A program made the position numbers and the translations under genes. Source: an uncultured beta proteobacterium (GTDB lineage Bacteria; Pseudomonadota; Gammaproteobacteria; Burkholderiales; Casimicrobiaceae). Taken from it: a stretch of 64,000 bases of DNA. Positions 33,567 to 44,041 of the stretch are shown one piece after another (the stretch's first letter is position 1; each line of letters starts with the position of its first letter). Location: the NCBI GenBank assembly GCA_963837845.1, contig CAWIOY010000001.1, positions 22,554-86,553 on the forward strand. The letters run 5' to 3'. The notes under the pieces were generated by a model. That model was given only the letters and a program-made list of their open reading frames with translations. It did no database searches and had not been told where the DNA came from.

Positions 33567-34748
33567 ATGGAAAACGAGCTCTGGTGGTTGTTGCCGCTCA
33601 CGGTCCTGTTCTTCGTGCTGGGCTGGATCGCCGCGCGCATCGACATCAAGCATCTTCTGCGCGAGTCGCGGGCATTGCCGCTGTCGTACTTCCGCGGCCT
33701 CAATTTCCTGCTCAACGAGCAGCCGGACAAGGCGATCGAATCGTTCATCGAGGTCGTCAAGGTCGATCCGCAGACCATCGACCTGCACTTCGCGCTGGGC
33801 AACCTGTTCCGTCGCCAGGGCGAGATCGATCGCGCCATCCGCATGCACCAGAACCTGCTTGACCGCCCCGACCTCTCGGCCGAGAAGCGCCAGCTCGCCG
33901 TGTTCGAGCTGGCCCAGGACTTCCATCGCGCCGGGCTCCTCGATCGCGCCGAGGAGCTCTTCAGCCGCCTCGACGGCAGCCCCTTCGAGCTGCAGTCGCT
34001 GGGGTTCCTGCTGCAGATCTTCGAGCAGGAAAAGGACTGGCAGAAAGCCATCGCCGTGAGCAGGCGCATGGAGGCACTCGCCAAGCGGCCGTATTTCAAG
34101 GAGATCGCGCATTATTTCTGCGAACTGGCGCAAAGCGCTATGCTCCGGCCGCAAATCGAAGAAGCGCACGGTTACCTCGAACAGGCGCTGGCCGAATACA
34201 AGCTCTGCGCGCGCGCGACCATCGTGCTGGGCGACCTCGAGGCGCAGCAGGGACATTACGACATGGCGGCAGCCGTCTGGCAGCGCATCGAGTCGCAGAA
34301 TCCGGCGTTCCTGGGGCTGGTGGCGGAGCGCCTGGCCGACGCCTACCGCCGCAGCGGCGACATCGCGCAGGGCATCCGCGTGCTGCGCAGCTTCGAGGAT
34401 CAATACCCTTCGCTGGATCTGCTCAATGCGCTGTTCGGCCAGGTGCTCGCCCACGAGGGCGCCGACGCCGCCGTCGAGCTCATCAAGGACGAGCTCACGC
34501 GCAATCCGACGCTGCTCGGCCTCGACAAGCTGCTCGAGGCCCAGCTCATGTCTGCGCCGGCCGAGAGGCGCCACGACCTGGAACTCGTCAAGGGGCTGGT
34601 CGGTCAGCACATCAAGCGGCTGGGGATGTACCGCTGCGAGCAGTGCGGGTTCCGCGCCAAGCAGTACCACTGGCGCTGTCCGGGCTGCGGCAAATGGGAA
34701 ACCTACACACCACGGCGTACGGAGACTCCGGATGGCTACGTCGCATAA
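33567..34748 (+). CDS. lapB: Lipopolysaccharide assembly protein LapB (YciM): TPR protein with a C-terminal rubredoxin-like zinc finger
   Basis: N-terminal TM helix, TPR repeats ([20 protein letters not shown]) and C-terminal [26 protein letters not shown]. Confidence 0.9.
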   Translation: MENELWWLLPLTVLFFVLGWIAARIDIKHLLRESRALPLSYFRGLNFLLNEQPDKAIESFIEVVKVDPQTIDLHFALGNLFRRQGEIDRAIRMHQNLLDRPDLSAEKRQLAVFELAQDFHRAGLLDRAEELFSRLDGSPFELQSLGFLLQIFEQEKDWQKAIAVSRRMEALAKRPYFKEIAHYFCELAQSAMLRPQIEEAHGYLEQALAEYKLCARATIVLGDLEAQQGHYDMAAAVWQRIESQNPAFLGLVAERLADAYRRSGDIAQGIRVLRSFEDQYPSLDLLNALFGQVLAHEGADAAVELIKDELTRNPTLLGLDKLLEAQLMSAPAERRHDLELVKGLVGQHIKRLGMYRCEQCGFRAKQYHWRCPGCGKWETYTPRRTETPDGYVA

Positions 34749-35465
34749 CCCGGCGGCGCAGCCGAAGCTGATCGTCGCCCTCGACTTCGCCGACGCGGCG
34801 GCAGCGCTCTCGCTCGCCGCGCGGCTCGATCCCGCGGCGTGCGCGGTGAAGGTGGGCAAGGAGCTGTTCGTTGCCGCCGGGCCCGAGCTGGTGCGGCAGC
34901 TGACTGGACTGGGCTTTCGCGTCTTTCTCGATCTCAAGTTCCACGATATCCCGGTCACCGTCGGGCGCGCCTGCGCCGCCGCCACTCGCCTGGGGGTGTG
35001 GATGCTCAACGTGCACGCGGCCGGCGGGCGGGCGATGCTCGCGGCGGCGAAGGATGCCGTGGACCGCACCGCGGCCGAGCTCGGAGGGCCGCGGCCGCTG
35101 CTGCTCGCAGTGACGCTGCTCACCAGCCTGGGCGAGGCCGAGGTGGCCGAAGTCGGCTTCGCCGAGGCGCCGGGAGCGCTGGTCCTGCGCCTGGCACGGC
35201 TGTCCGCCGACTGCGGGCTCGACGGCGTGGTTTGCTCCGCGGCGGAAGCGCCGCTGCTGCGCCGCGCTCTGGGCCCCGGGTTCCTGCTCGCCACGCCCGG
35301 CATCCGCCCGCTCGGTTCGGCCGCCGGCGACCAGGTGCGCATCGTCACGCCGGAGGCTGCGATCGCCAACGGCGCCGACCTCCTCATCATCGGCCGGCCC
35401 ATCACCCAGGCTGCCGATCCGGCGCGAGAGCTCGCCCGGATCAGCGCCGCGATCGAGGCCGGCGC

Positions 35466-35469
<4 letters not shown>
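34732..35469 (+). CDS. pyrF: Orotidine-5'-phosphate decarboxylase
   Basis: Internal ATG of ORF 34426..35469. Motifs [25 protein letters not shown] and IIGRPI. Confidence 0.92.
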
Positions 35470-36784
<1,315 letters not shown>

Positions 36785-36788
<4 letters not shown>

Positions 36789-37732
36789 ACGCGCCGCTAA
36801 AGACCTTCGCCGCGTACCGCGAAATGGTCGCCCGCACGCGCCTGCTCGTCGTGGGCGACGTCATGCTCGACCGCTACTGGTTCGGGGATGTCGAGCGCAT
36901 CTCCCCGGAAGCGCCGGTGCCGGTGGTGAAGATCGCCCGCAATGAGGAGCGCCCCGGAGGCGCCGCGAACGTGGCGCGCAACGCGGCGGCGCTCGGTGCC
37001 CAGGTCACCCTCATCAGCGTCGTCGGCGACGACGAGGCCGGACGGCTTTTGGAGACGCTCGTCGCCGGCGAAGGCGTGCGCACCTCGTTTCATCGCGACC
37101 CCGCGGTGCAGACCACGGTCAAGCTGCGGGTGATCGGACGGCAGCAGCAGCTGTTGCGCATCGACTTCGAGACCACGCCGTCGCACGAGATCCTGGCGAG
37201 CAAGCTCGCCGACTACGAGCGCGCCTTGCCGGATTTCGACGCGGTCGTGCTGTCCGATTACGGCAAGGGCGGACTGGCGCACATCGAGCGCATGATCGAG
37301 CGGGCGAAGGCCCGCGGCGCTCCGGTGCTCGTCGACCCCAAGGGCGAGGATTACCGGCGGTACCGTGGCGCGACGTTGGTTACCCCCAACCGCGCCGAGT
37401 TTCGCGAGGTCGCGGGCCGCTGGCGGAGCGAAGCCGAGCTCGCCGGCAAGGCGCAGCAGCTGCGCGCCGAGCTCGGGATCGAGGCGCTTCTGGTCACCCG
37501 CTCCGAAGAAGGGATGTCGCTGTTCACCGATGCCGGCGCGCTGAGTTTCCCGGCGCAGGCGCGCGAGGTCTACGACGTCTCGGGCGCCGGCGACACGGTC
37601 ATCGCCACGCTCGGCGCGCTGCTCGGTGCGCACGCCGATCTGGCGACCGCGGTGCGCATCGCCAACCAGGCGGCCGGGGTCGTCGTGGGCAAGCTCGGCA
37701 CTGCGGTCGTGCACCCCGAAGAGCTTGCCTGA
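36785..37732 (+). CDS. hldA: D-glycero-beta-D-manno-heptose-7-phosphate kinase (RfaE domain I only)
   Basis: GTGA overlap with ugd. PfkB-family motifs [26 protein letters not shown] and [13 protein letters not shown]. About 315 aa with no adenylyltransferase domain. Confidence 0.85.
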
Positions 37733-37747
37733 CCTGAAGCGAGGCGC

Positions 37748-39109
37748 ATGGCCAAGGCAAAAACCGCCTATGCCTGCACGCAGTGCGGCGGCCGGAGCAG
37801 CAAGTGGCAAGGGCAGTGCCCGCACTGCGGGGCGTGGAACACGCTGGTGGAATCGATCGCGGTGCCCGCCGCGATGCGCTTTCACGCCGTCGCCGGCGCC
37901 GCCGGCGAGGTGCGCGCGCTCTCCTCGGTCGAGGCGCGCAGCGATTCGCGCTCGCCGACCGGGATGGAGGAATTCGATCGCGTGCTCGGCGGCGGACTGG
38001 TCGCCGGCGCGGTCGTGCTGCTCGGCGGCGACCCGGGCATCGGCAAGTCGACGCTGCTCCTGCAGGCCATGGCGGCGGTAGGCGGGCGCCAGCGCGCGCT
38101 CTACGTCACCGGGGAGGAATCGGCCGAACAGATCGCGATGCGCGCGCAGCGGCTAGGCCTCGTCAATGCGCCAGTCGAACTGCTCGCCGAGGTTCAGCTC
38201 GAGGCGATCATCGCCGCGATGCGTGCGCAGGCGCCCGAGGTGGTGGTGATCGACTCGATCCAGACGGTCTATACCGAGGCGCTCGAGTCCGCCCCGGGCA
38301 GCGTCGCCCAGGTGCGCGAGTGTGCGGCGCAACTGACGCGTTTCGCCAAGCAGAGCGCCATCACCGTCATCCTCGTCGGCCACGTGACCAAGGAAGGCGC
38401 CATCGCCGGTCCGCGCGTGCTCGAACACATCGTCGACACCGTGCTCTATTTCGAAGGAGACACCCACTCCAGCTTCCGCCTGGTGCGGGCGATCAAGAAC
38501 CGCTTCGGCGCGGCCAACGAACTGGGCGTATTCGCGATGACCGAGCGCGGTCTGAAAGGCGTGTCCAATCCGTCGGCGCTGTTCCTGTCGCAGCACGCGA
38601 CCGCGGTGCCGGGAAGCTGCATCCTGGCGACCATGGAGGGCTCGCGGCCGTTGCTAGTCGAGGTGCAGGCGCTCGTCGATCCGGCCGCCGGCGGTATCGC
38701 GCGCCGACTCGCGGTGGGTCTCGATGCGCAGCGGCTGTCGCTGCTCCTGGCCGTGCTGCATCGCCATGGGGGCGTGGAAACCGGCCAGTTCGACGTCTTC
38801 GTCAATGCCGTCGGCGGTGTGCGTATCGGCGAGCCGGCGGCCGACTTGGCGGTCCTTGCGGCCGTCTATTCATCGTTAAAAAACATTGCGTTATCAACAA
38901 AATCTCTCGTATTTGGTGAGGTCGGGCTGGCTGGGGAAATTCGCCCGGTCCAGCGTGGCCAGGAGCGGCTGCGCGAGGCCGCCAAGCTCGGCTTCCGGCG
39001 AGCCGTCATTCCCCATGCCAACCGCCCCAAGCAGGCCATCGACGGCATCGAGATCGTGACCGTCGCCCGGGTCGCTGACGCCCTGGAGCATCTGGTCGAT
39101 GCGCGCTGA
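37748..39109 (+). CDS. radA: DNA repair protein RadA (Sms)
   Basis: Zinc finger CTQCGGRSSKWQGQCPHCGAWNT, Walker A GGDPGIGKST, KNRFG motif and a Lon-like C-terminal domain. Confidence 0.95.
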   Translation: MAKAKTAYACTQCGGRSSKWQGQCPHCGAWNTLVESIAVPAAMRFHAVAGAAGEVRALSSVEARSDSRSPTGMEEFDRVLGGGLVAGAVVLLGGDPGIGKSTLLLQAMAAVGGRQRALYVTGEESAEQIAMRAQRLGLVNAPVELLAEVQLEAIIAAMRAQAPEVVVIDSIQTVYTEALESAPGSVAQVRECAAQLTRFAKQSAITVILVGHVTKEGAIAGPRVLEHIVDTVLYFEGDTHSSFRLVRAIKNRFGAANELGVFAMTERGLKGVSNPSALFLSQHATAVPGSCILATMEGSRPLLVEVQALVDPAAGGIARRLAVGLDAQRLSLLLAVLHRHGGVETGQFDVFVNAVGGVRIGEPAADLAVLAAVYSSLKNIALSTKSLVFGEVGLAGEIRPVQRGQERLREAAKLGFRRAVIPHANRPKQAIDGIEIVTVARVADALEHLVDAR

Positions 39110-39137
39110 GCCGGGCGCTGCGGCGAGTCATTCCGGC

Positions 39138-40127
39138 ATGCGCGCGATGGTGCTCGACGCGCCGGGGCAGCCGCTGCATTGGACGGAGCGGGCGCGGCCG
39201 GTCCCGGCCGCCGGGCAGTTGCTCATCGCGGTGCGGGCATGCGGGGTGTGCCGCACCGACCTGCACCTGATCGACGGCGAGCTGCCCGATCCGGCATTGC
39301 CGATCGTTCCCGGGCACGAGATCGTCGGCGAGGTCGTCGCCCGCGGGAGCGCGGTCACGGAGCACGTTCTGGGCGAGCGCGTCGGGGTCCCATGGCTGGG
39401 CTCGACCTGCGGACACTGCGCGTTCTGCGTCACCGGTCGCGAGAATCTCTGTGCCGAGGCGCGCTTCACCGGCTACCAGATCGACGGCGGGTACGCGAAC
39501 TATGTGCTCGCCGACGCAAGGTATTGCTTTGCGCTACCCGACCGTTACCCCGACGTTGCGGCGGCACCGCTGCTGTGCGCCGGGCTCATCGGCTACCGCG
39601 CCTACCGCATGGCGGGCGAGGCGCGCCGGCTCGGCATCTACGGCTTCGGTGCTGCAGGCCACCTTGTGGCACAGGTGGCGGTCGCACAGGGTCGGCAGGT
39701 CTATGCATTTACCCGGCCTGGCGATGCGGCGGGGCAGGCGTTGGCGCGGCAGCTGGGCGCGGCGTGGGCCGGCGGCAGCGACGAGGCTGCGCCGGAAGGG
39801 CTCGATGCGGCGCTGATCTTCGCCCCCGTGGGCGCGCTGCTGCCGGTCGCGCTCGGGTCGGTGGTGCGCGGTGGCACGGTGATCTGCGCGGGGATTCACA
39901 TGAGCGACATCCCGGCCTTTGCGTATCGGCTGCTGTGGGGCGAGCGCTGCGTGCGTTCGGTCGCCAATCTCACCCGCAGTGACGCGCGGGAGTTCCTGGC
40001 GCTCTGCGCTTCGTTGCCGCTCTCGATCCATACCCGGGCCTATCGGCTCGAATCGGCCAATGCGGCGCTTGCCGATCTGCGCGCCGGCCGCATCGAGGGC
40101 GCGGCGGTGTTGACGATCGACCGCTGA
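39138..40127 (+). CDS. Zinc-dependent alcohol dehydrogenase family protein
   Basis: MRAMVLDAPG..., catalytic and structural Zn motifs ACGVCRTDLH, GHEIVGEV and CGHCAFCVTGRENLC, and Rossmann GIYGFGAAGH. Confidence 0.88.
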   Translation: MRAMVLDAPGQPLHWTERARPVPAAGQLLIAVRACGVCRTDLHLIDGELPDPALPIVPGHEIVGEVVARGSAVTEHVLGERVGVPWLGSTCGHCAFCVTGRENLCAEARFTGYQIDGGYANYVLADARYCFALPDRYPDVAAAPLLCAGLIGYRAYRMAGEARRLGIYGFGAAGHLVAQVAVAQGRQVYAFTRPGDAAGQALARQLGAAWAGGSDEAAPEGLDAALIFAPVGALLPVALGSVVRGGTVICAGIHMSDIPAFAYRLLWGERCVRSVANLTRSDAREFLALCASLPLSIHTRAYRLESANAALADLRAGRIEGAAVLTIDR

Positions 40128-40177
40128 AGGGGTCGAATAGGCGTGTTCGTTGGTTGACCTCAAAAGGATCCCTGATC

Positions 40178-40825
40178 ATGGCCAGAAAATCAGCACCGAA
40201 GTCCAGGCCGGCCGCAAGCCGCCGGGCGAAGCCGCGCCAGGCTGCCGCTGCCAAGGCGACCGGGCGCGGGCCGGTCCCGTCACCCGCCGCGCAGCTCGGC
40301 GACCTGTCGAAAATGACCAAGATACTCACGCCCCAGCAGGCGTTCGAGCTCTATCGCGCCAACGCCAAAATGGCGCTCGACGTGATCAACGCCTCCATCG
40401 AGAGCGCGGCGAAACTGCGCAAGCTGCAATACGAGGGGGAGGAGGAAGCGCGTTCGATGCAGAAAAAGGCGGTGCGGCACGCGGCGGAGGCGAGCGATCC
40501 TCACGCGCTGATGGCGGCCGGTCAGGCGGTGACGCAGGAGGCCGTCGAGAAGGCCATGCAGTATTGGGGCCAGATGTTCGACATGATCGTCGAAATCCAG
40601 AAGCGCCTGTTCACGCTCATCGAGCAGCAGATGAGCGACATGCCCGGCGCCAAGGAAGCGAAGGCCGCGCTGTCGATGATGCCCGATTTGAGCCAGACGC
40701 AGAACCTGGTCAAGGCGATGCAGGGCGTGATGTCGTCGGGGGGCTCCGCCTTCGATTCGATGCAGCGCGTCATGGGCGACTTCGCGCGCATGGCACAGCA
40801 ATCGATGCCGGGCGTCAGACGCTAA
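40178..40825 (+). CDS. Phasin-family (PHA granule-associated) protein with a basic Ala/Lys/Arg/Pro-rich N-terminal tail
   Basis: AGGA RBS 9 nt before the ATG at 40178. Tail MARKSAPKSRPAASRRAKPRQAAAAKATGRG. It is followed by a helical phasin-like core (ILTPQQAFELYRANAKMALDVINASIESAAKLRKLQ...). Confidence 0.6.
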   Translation: MARKSAPKSRPAASRRAKPRQAAAAKATGRGPVPSPAAQLGDLSKMTKILTPQQAFELYRANAKMALDVINASIESAAKLRKLQYEGEEEARSMQKKAVRHAAEASDPHALMAAGQAVTQEAVEKAMQYWGQMFDMIVEIQKRLFTLIEQQMSDMPGAKEAKAALSMMPDLSQTQNLVKAMQGVMSSGGSAFDSMQRVMGDFARMAQQSMPGVRR

Positions 40826-40955
40826 GCCGGGTCAGAGCCGCTGCCGGGGTCTCGGCGGCGGCAGGCGCGGCTACGGCCAGCGTCTTGCCCGCGATCCCGA
40901 TCGGTACGCAGCCGCACAGGACGACGAGCAGAAGGCAGCCGAGCAGCAGCTTCAT
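40815..40955 (-). CDS. Possible 46-aa lipoprotein
   Basis: MKLLLGCLLLVVLCGC has a lipobox-like L-C-G-C after a hydrophobic stretch, inside ORF 40815..41162. There is no homology support. Confidence 0.3.
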   Translation of the reverse strand: MKLLLGCLLLVVLCGCVPIGIAGKTLAVAAPAAAETPAAALTRLSV

Positions 40956-41261
40956 TGCGCTTCCATTTACCGTGAGCCGTCGCATCGCCGCGGGTCGACT
41001 CGAGACCGCAGGCCCGACGAGACCTCTCGCCGGGCAAATGCAATATGGCGGGTATTCTAGGCCGCATCGGCCCCTGGCGCACGGTGCGGAACGGGCCGAT
41101 AGCCGTCTGGCACCGGCGCGGCGCTTAATCGGGCAAGCCTGCGCGACGCGGCGCGAAGGCATATGGCATCAGACGCGAAGCATGGCGCATCCGGGCGGAA
41201 GGCGCACCTGAGCGCCGGGGCAGCCTTGAGCGCGGTGCCGCCCCAGTGCGTTGGCGACCCG

Positions 41262-41714
41262 TCATTCGGGCGCCATGCCCTTGGCGGCAAGCTCCTTGAG
41301 CGCGGCATCGTTCTTGGACAGATGCGCGAGCCCCATGCCGCGCAGCACGTTCTGCGCTTTGGTGAACTGAACGTTGTCGTAGCCGACGATCTCGATGCGG
41401 TTGCCCCAGGGGTCGAGAAAATCGAGGAACGGTCCGGGCAGGGTCGTGACGCCGGCGTCGATGAGCGCCTGGCGGGCGGTTTCCTTGCTGTCGACCACCA
41501 ACCCGAAATGCCGCCCATCATCGGCAGGTTGCGTTCGGCCTTTCTGCAGCGCCAGGAACTGGTCCCCCAGATCGATGAAGGCCATCGAAGCGCTCTTGCT
41601 TCGAAGCTCGAAGTCGAACAGGCGGCCATAGAAAGCCAGGGCCGCATCGATGTCGCCGACCTCTAGAGCAACATGATTGAAACCGACAACGCGCGCTTTC
41701 CTTGCTTCAGGCAT
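41262..41714 (-). CDS. VOC (glyoxalase/bleomycin-resistance/dioxygenase) family protein
   Basis: 150 aa: GFNHVALEVGDIDAALAFY...HFGLVV...DPWGNRIEIV. Confidence 0.8.
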   Translation of the reverse strand: MPEARKARVVGFNHVALEVGDIDAALAFYGRLFDFELRSKSASMAFIDLGDQFLALQKGRTQPADDGRHFGLVVDSKETARQALIDAGVTTLPGPFLDFLDPWGNRIEIVGYDNVQFTKAQNVLRGMGLAHLSKNDAALKELAAKGMAPE

Positions 41715-41870
41715 GGCGGGCCTCCACTAAGGCTGTGCGCCGACGCGGGAGCCATTCCAGGTCGGGCGTGTGGTAATCGCCTTGCCGAGTTTGCGGCATG
41801 GCGGGGCGATCGATTTCAACGATAGCATTGCCCGCCTGCATCGCACCAGCCTCGCGCCGAGGGCGCCAGA

Positions 41871-42353
41871 ATGATCGATCGGAGGAAAGTACTCAAGTGC
41901 TTGACGGCGGCCACCGTCGCCAAGCTCCTCGCACCTCACGCGGAGGCATCCACCATGTCTGAAGATGGGCTGGTCAGCGTAGCAAGCAAGTACTCGGTGA
42001 AGGAGACCCTCGACCGCCTCGAAGCCGAGCTCAAGGCCAAGTCGATCACGGTCTTTGCGCGCATCGACCACGCTGCCGGTGCGGCGGCGGTGGCGATGCC
42101 GTTGCGGCCGACCGAGGTCCTGACCTTCGGCAATCCGAAGGCGGGGACGCCGTTGATGCAATCGCGGCAGACGATCGGCATCGACTTGCCCTTGAAGGTC
42201 CTAGCCTGGCAGGACGCCGATGGCAAGGTCTGGCTCACCTCCAACGACCCGCGGTGGCTCGCGCAGCGCCATCGCCTCGGCCCGCAGACCGACGCGAGCG
42301 TGAACGCGATGGCGACCCTGCTCGCCAATCTCGCCCGCGCCGCGGCCGCATGA
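41871..42353 (+). CDS. DUF302 domain protein with a twin-arginine-type signal
   Basis: MIDRRKVLKCLTAATVAKLLAPHAEA, then the DUF302-like core (VKETLDRLEAELKAKSITVFARIDHAAGA...GIDLPLKVLAWQD). Confidence 0.75.
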   Translation: MIDRRKVLKCLTAATVAKLLAPHAEASTMSEDGLVSVASKYSVKETLDRLEAELKAKSITVFARIDHAAGAAAVAMPLRPTEVLTFGNPKAGTPLMQSRQTIGIDLPLKVLAWQDADGKVWLTSNDPRWLAQRHRLGPQTDASVNAMATLLANLARAAAA

Positions 42354-42543
42354 GCCGCGACGGCCGCGGATCGCCGGCGGCCGCGGCGGGTTGGCTGCCG
42401 CGAGCAGCCCTGACCCGTTACACTACGTCTCGGCTGGTCGCGCCCGGCTCGAGCGCAGACGCCGCGAGGGTTGGCCGCCAGGCGCCCGGCCGGGACCGCG
42501 CAGGCGGACCGCGGGCTGACGACCCAACGCAACGGATGGGCAG

Positions 42544-42804
42544 ATGAACGACGAAAAAATCCAGGTACGTGTCACCAGCAGCGGGCAGTTGCTCGAGGTC
42601 GTCGTTCTGAACAAGCGCCTGGACGTGATCCAGGTCGTGCTCGGGGAGGGCGTGCACAACGTGCGCTGCGACCTGATGCCCACCCGCAATGGGTCCGCTT
42701 ACGTGGGCAACGCCAGGGGGCGCGAGATCGTCTATGAGCGCAGCCGCGAGGACGTCAAGGCCGACCTCGCCCGCGCCGCCGGATTCGGCGACTATAGAAG
42801 ATAG
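42544..42804 (+). CDS. Hypothetical 86-aa protein
   Basis: Isolated ORF with non-junk composition (MNDEKIQVRVTSSGQLLEVVVLNKRLDVIQVVLGEG...). No recognisable domain. Confidence 0.4.
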   Translation: MNDEKIQVRVTSSGQLLEVVVLNKRLDVIQVVLGEGVHNVRCDLMPTRNGSAYVGNARGREIVYERSREDVKADLARAAGFGDYRR

Positions 42805-42828
42805 GGCCTGGCGAGCAGCTTCGCTGCA

Positions 42829-43425
42829 TCAGCCGCTGTCGCGTGCCTGCGCCCGTGCGAAGGCCGGACGCGCCACGATCCGCCGCACGTAGTCGTCGAC
42901 GAGCGGGGATTTTGGCAGCACCGGGCTCTGCCCGAAGAGCGCGAAGGTCGTCGCGTAGAGGATGTCGGCGGCGCTGAACCGCTCGCCGAGGAGGTAGGGG
43001 CCCGGCGAGAGCGCTCGTCCGATTGCCGCCATCGCCTCTTCGACGGCAACCCACCCCGCCGTGCCGCGGGGCACCTCCACCTTCATGAACTTGGACATCA
43101 AGGCCGGCTCCAGGACGCCGGTGTAGTAGCACAGCCACGAAAGATAGGCCCCGCGGTTGGGCTCGCCGGCAAGCGGCCCCAGGCGCTGCTGTGGGAACTT
43201 GTCGGTCAGGTAGAGCGCGATGGCCGGCGATTCGAAGACGATGGTCCCGTCGTCGGAAATCGCCGGGACCTTGCCATGGGGATGGGGATTGGCAGGGTCG
43301 ACGGCACCGCTGCCGTCGCGGCTTCTGGTCGTGACGATCCTGATCTGATAGGGCGCCTCGAGCTCCTCGAGCAAGAAGATCATGCGTGACGAGCGCGTCC
43401 CGGGGTGATGATAGAGCGTGATCAT
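42829..43425 (-). CDS. Glutathione S-transferase
   Basis: 198 aa: MITLYHHPGTRSSRMIFLLEELEAPY...GKVPAI...FESPAIALYL, with a helical C-domain. Confidence 0.88.
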   Translation of the reverse strand: MITLYHHPGTRSSRMIFLLEELEAPYQIRIVTTRSRDGSGAVDPANPHPHGKVPAISDDGTIVFESPAIALYLTDKFPQQRLGPLAGEPNRGAYLSWLCYYTGVLEPALMSKFMKVEVPRGTAGWVAVEEAMAAIGRALSPGPYLLGERFSAADILYATTFALFGQSPVLPKSPLVDDYVRRIVARPAFARAQARDSG

Positions 43426-43500
43426 GGATTTCCCTCGGTGCCCGAAATGTCGATCGATATCGAGACGCGGCGGGCCCCCTGCGACGTGCGCGGGACCGGC

Positions 43501-43956
43501 TCATTTGCCCGATGGCGCTACCTTGGCAAAGAATTCGTAGATCCCTCGATCCCCCATTTCCTGCGCATCGGCAAGCTCTCCGGCGCGGGTGGCGTAGATG
43601 ACTTCTCCCTGCGGCGAGAGCACGGCCACCGCCGGAATGCCTTTCTTGAGCGGGACGCCGTAGGACTGGGCGATGTCGAGGTTGCGGTCGAACCTGCCGA
43701 CATCGACCTTCACGACCCGGTAATTGCGGGCGATGAGCGGGGCGGACGCTCCGCTCTTGAATGCCATGTCGAGAACCTTGCAGTCGCCGCACCAGTTCGC
43801 TCCGAACACGACCAGCACGGGCACGTCGGCTCGTCGCGCGTCGCTCAGCGCGGCGCGAATTGCCGCCTTCGCATCGGCGGTCTCGTCGTAAATCGGCGCG
43901 GCCGCCATCGCGCAAGCGGCCGCGGCGGCAAGAATGAGTGCGATCGCCTTACGCAT
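43501..43956 (-). CDS. Secreted thioredoxin-fold protein (CxxC)
   Basis: Internal ATG of ORF 43501..44160. Signal peptide MRKAIALILAAAAACAMA and VVFGANWCGDCKVLD. Confidence 0.8.
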   Translation of the reverse strand: MRKAIALILAAAAACAMAAAPIYDETADAKAAIRAALSDARRADVPVLVVFGANWCGDCKVLDMAFKSGASAPLIARNYRVVKVDVGRFDRNLDIAQSYGVPLKKGIPAVAVLSPQGEVIYATRAGELADAQEMGDRGIYEFFAKVAPSGK

Positions 43957-44041
43957 GGCGCCTCCCGGAATTGGAAAGTCTAACAGCCATTGAGCGGTCG
44001 CGACGTCGAGTCTCATCGGCGAGCCCCCGGGAAAGGCTCGA

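Noticed and set aside
39099-39137. Upstream start for the Zn-ADH (ORF 39099..40127), overlapping the end of radA
   Set aside because: The extension (MRAEPGAAASHSG) has no homology-like character. MRAMVLDAPG at 39138 matches the usual ADH N-terminus.
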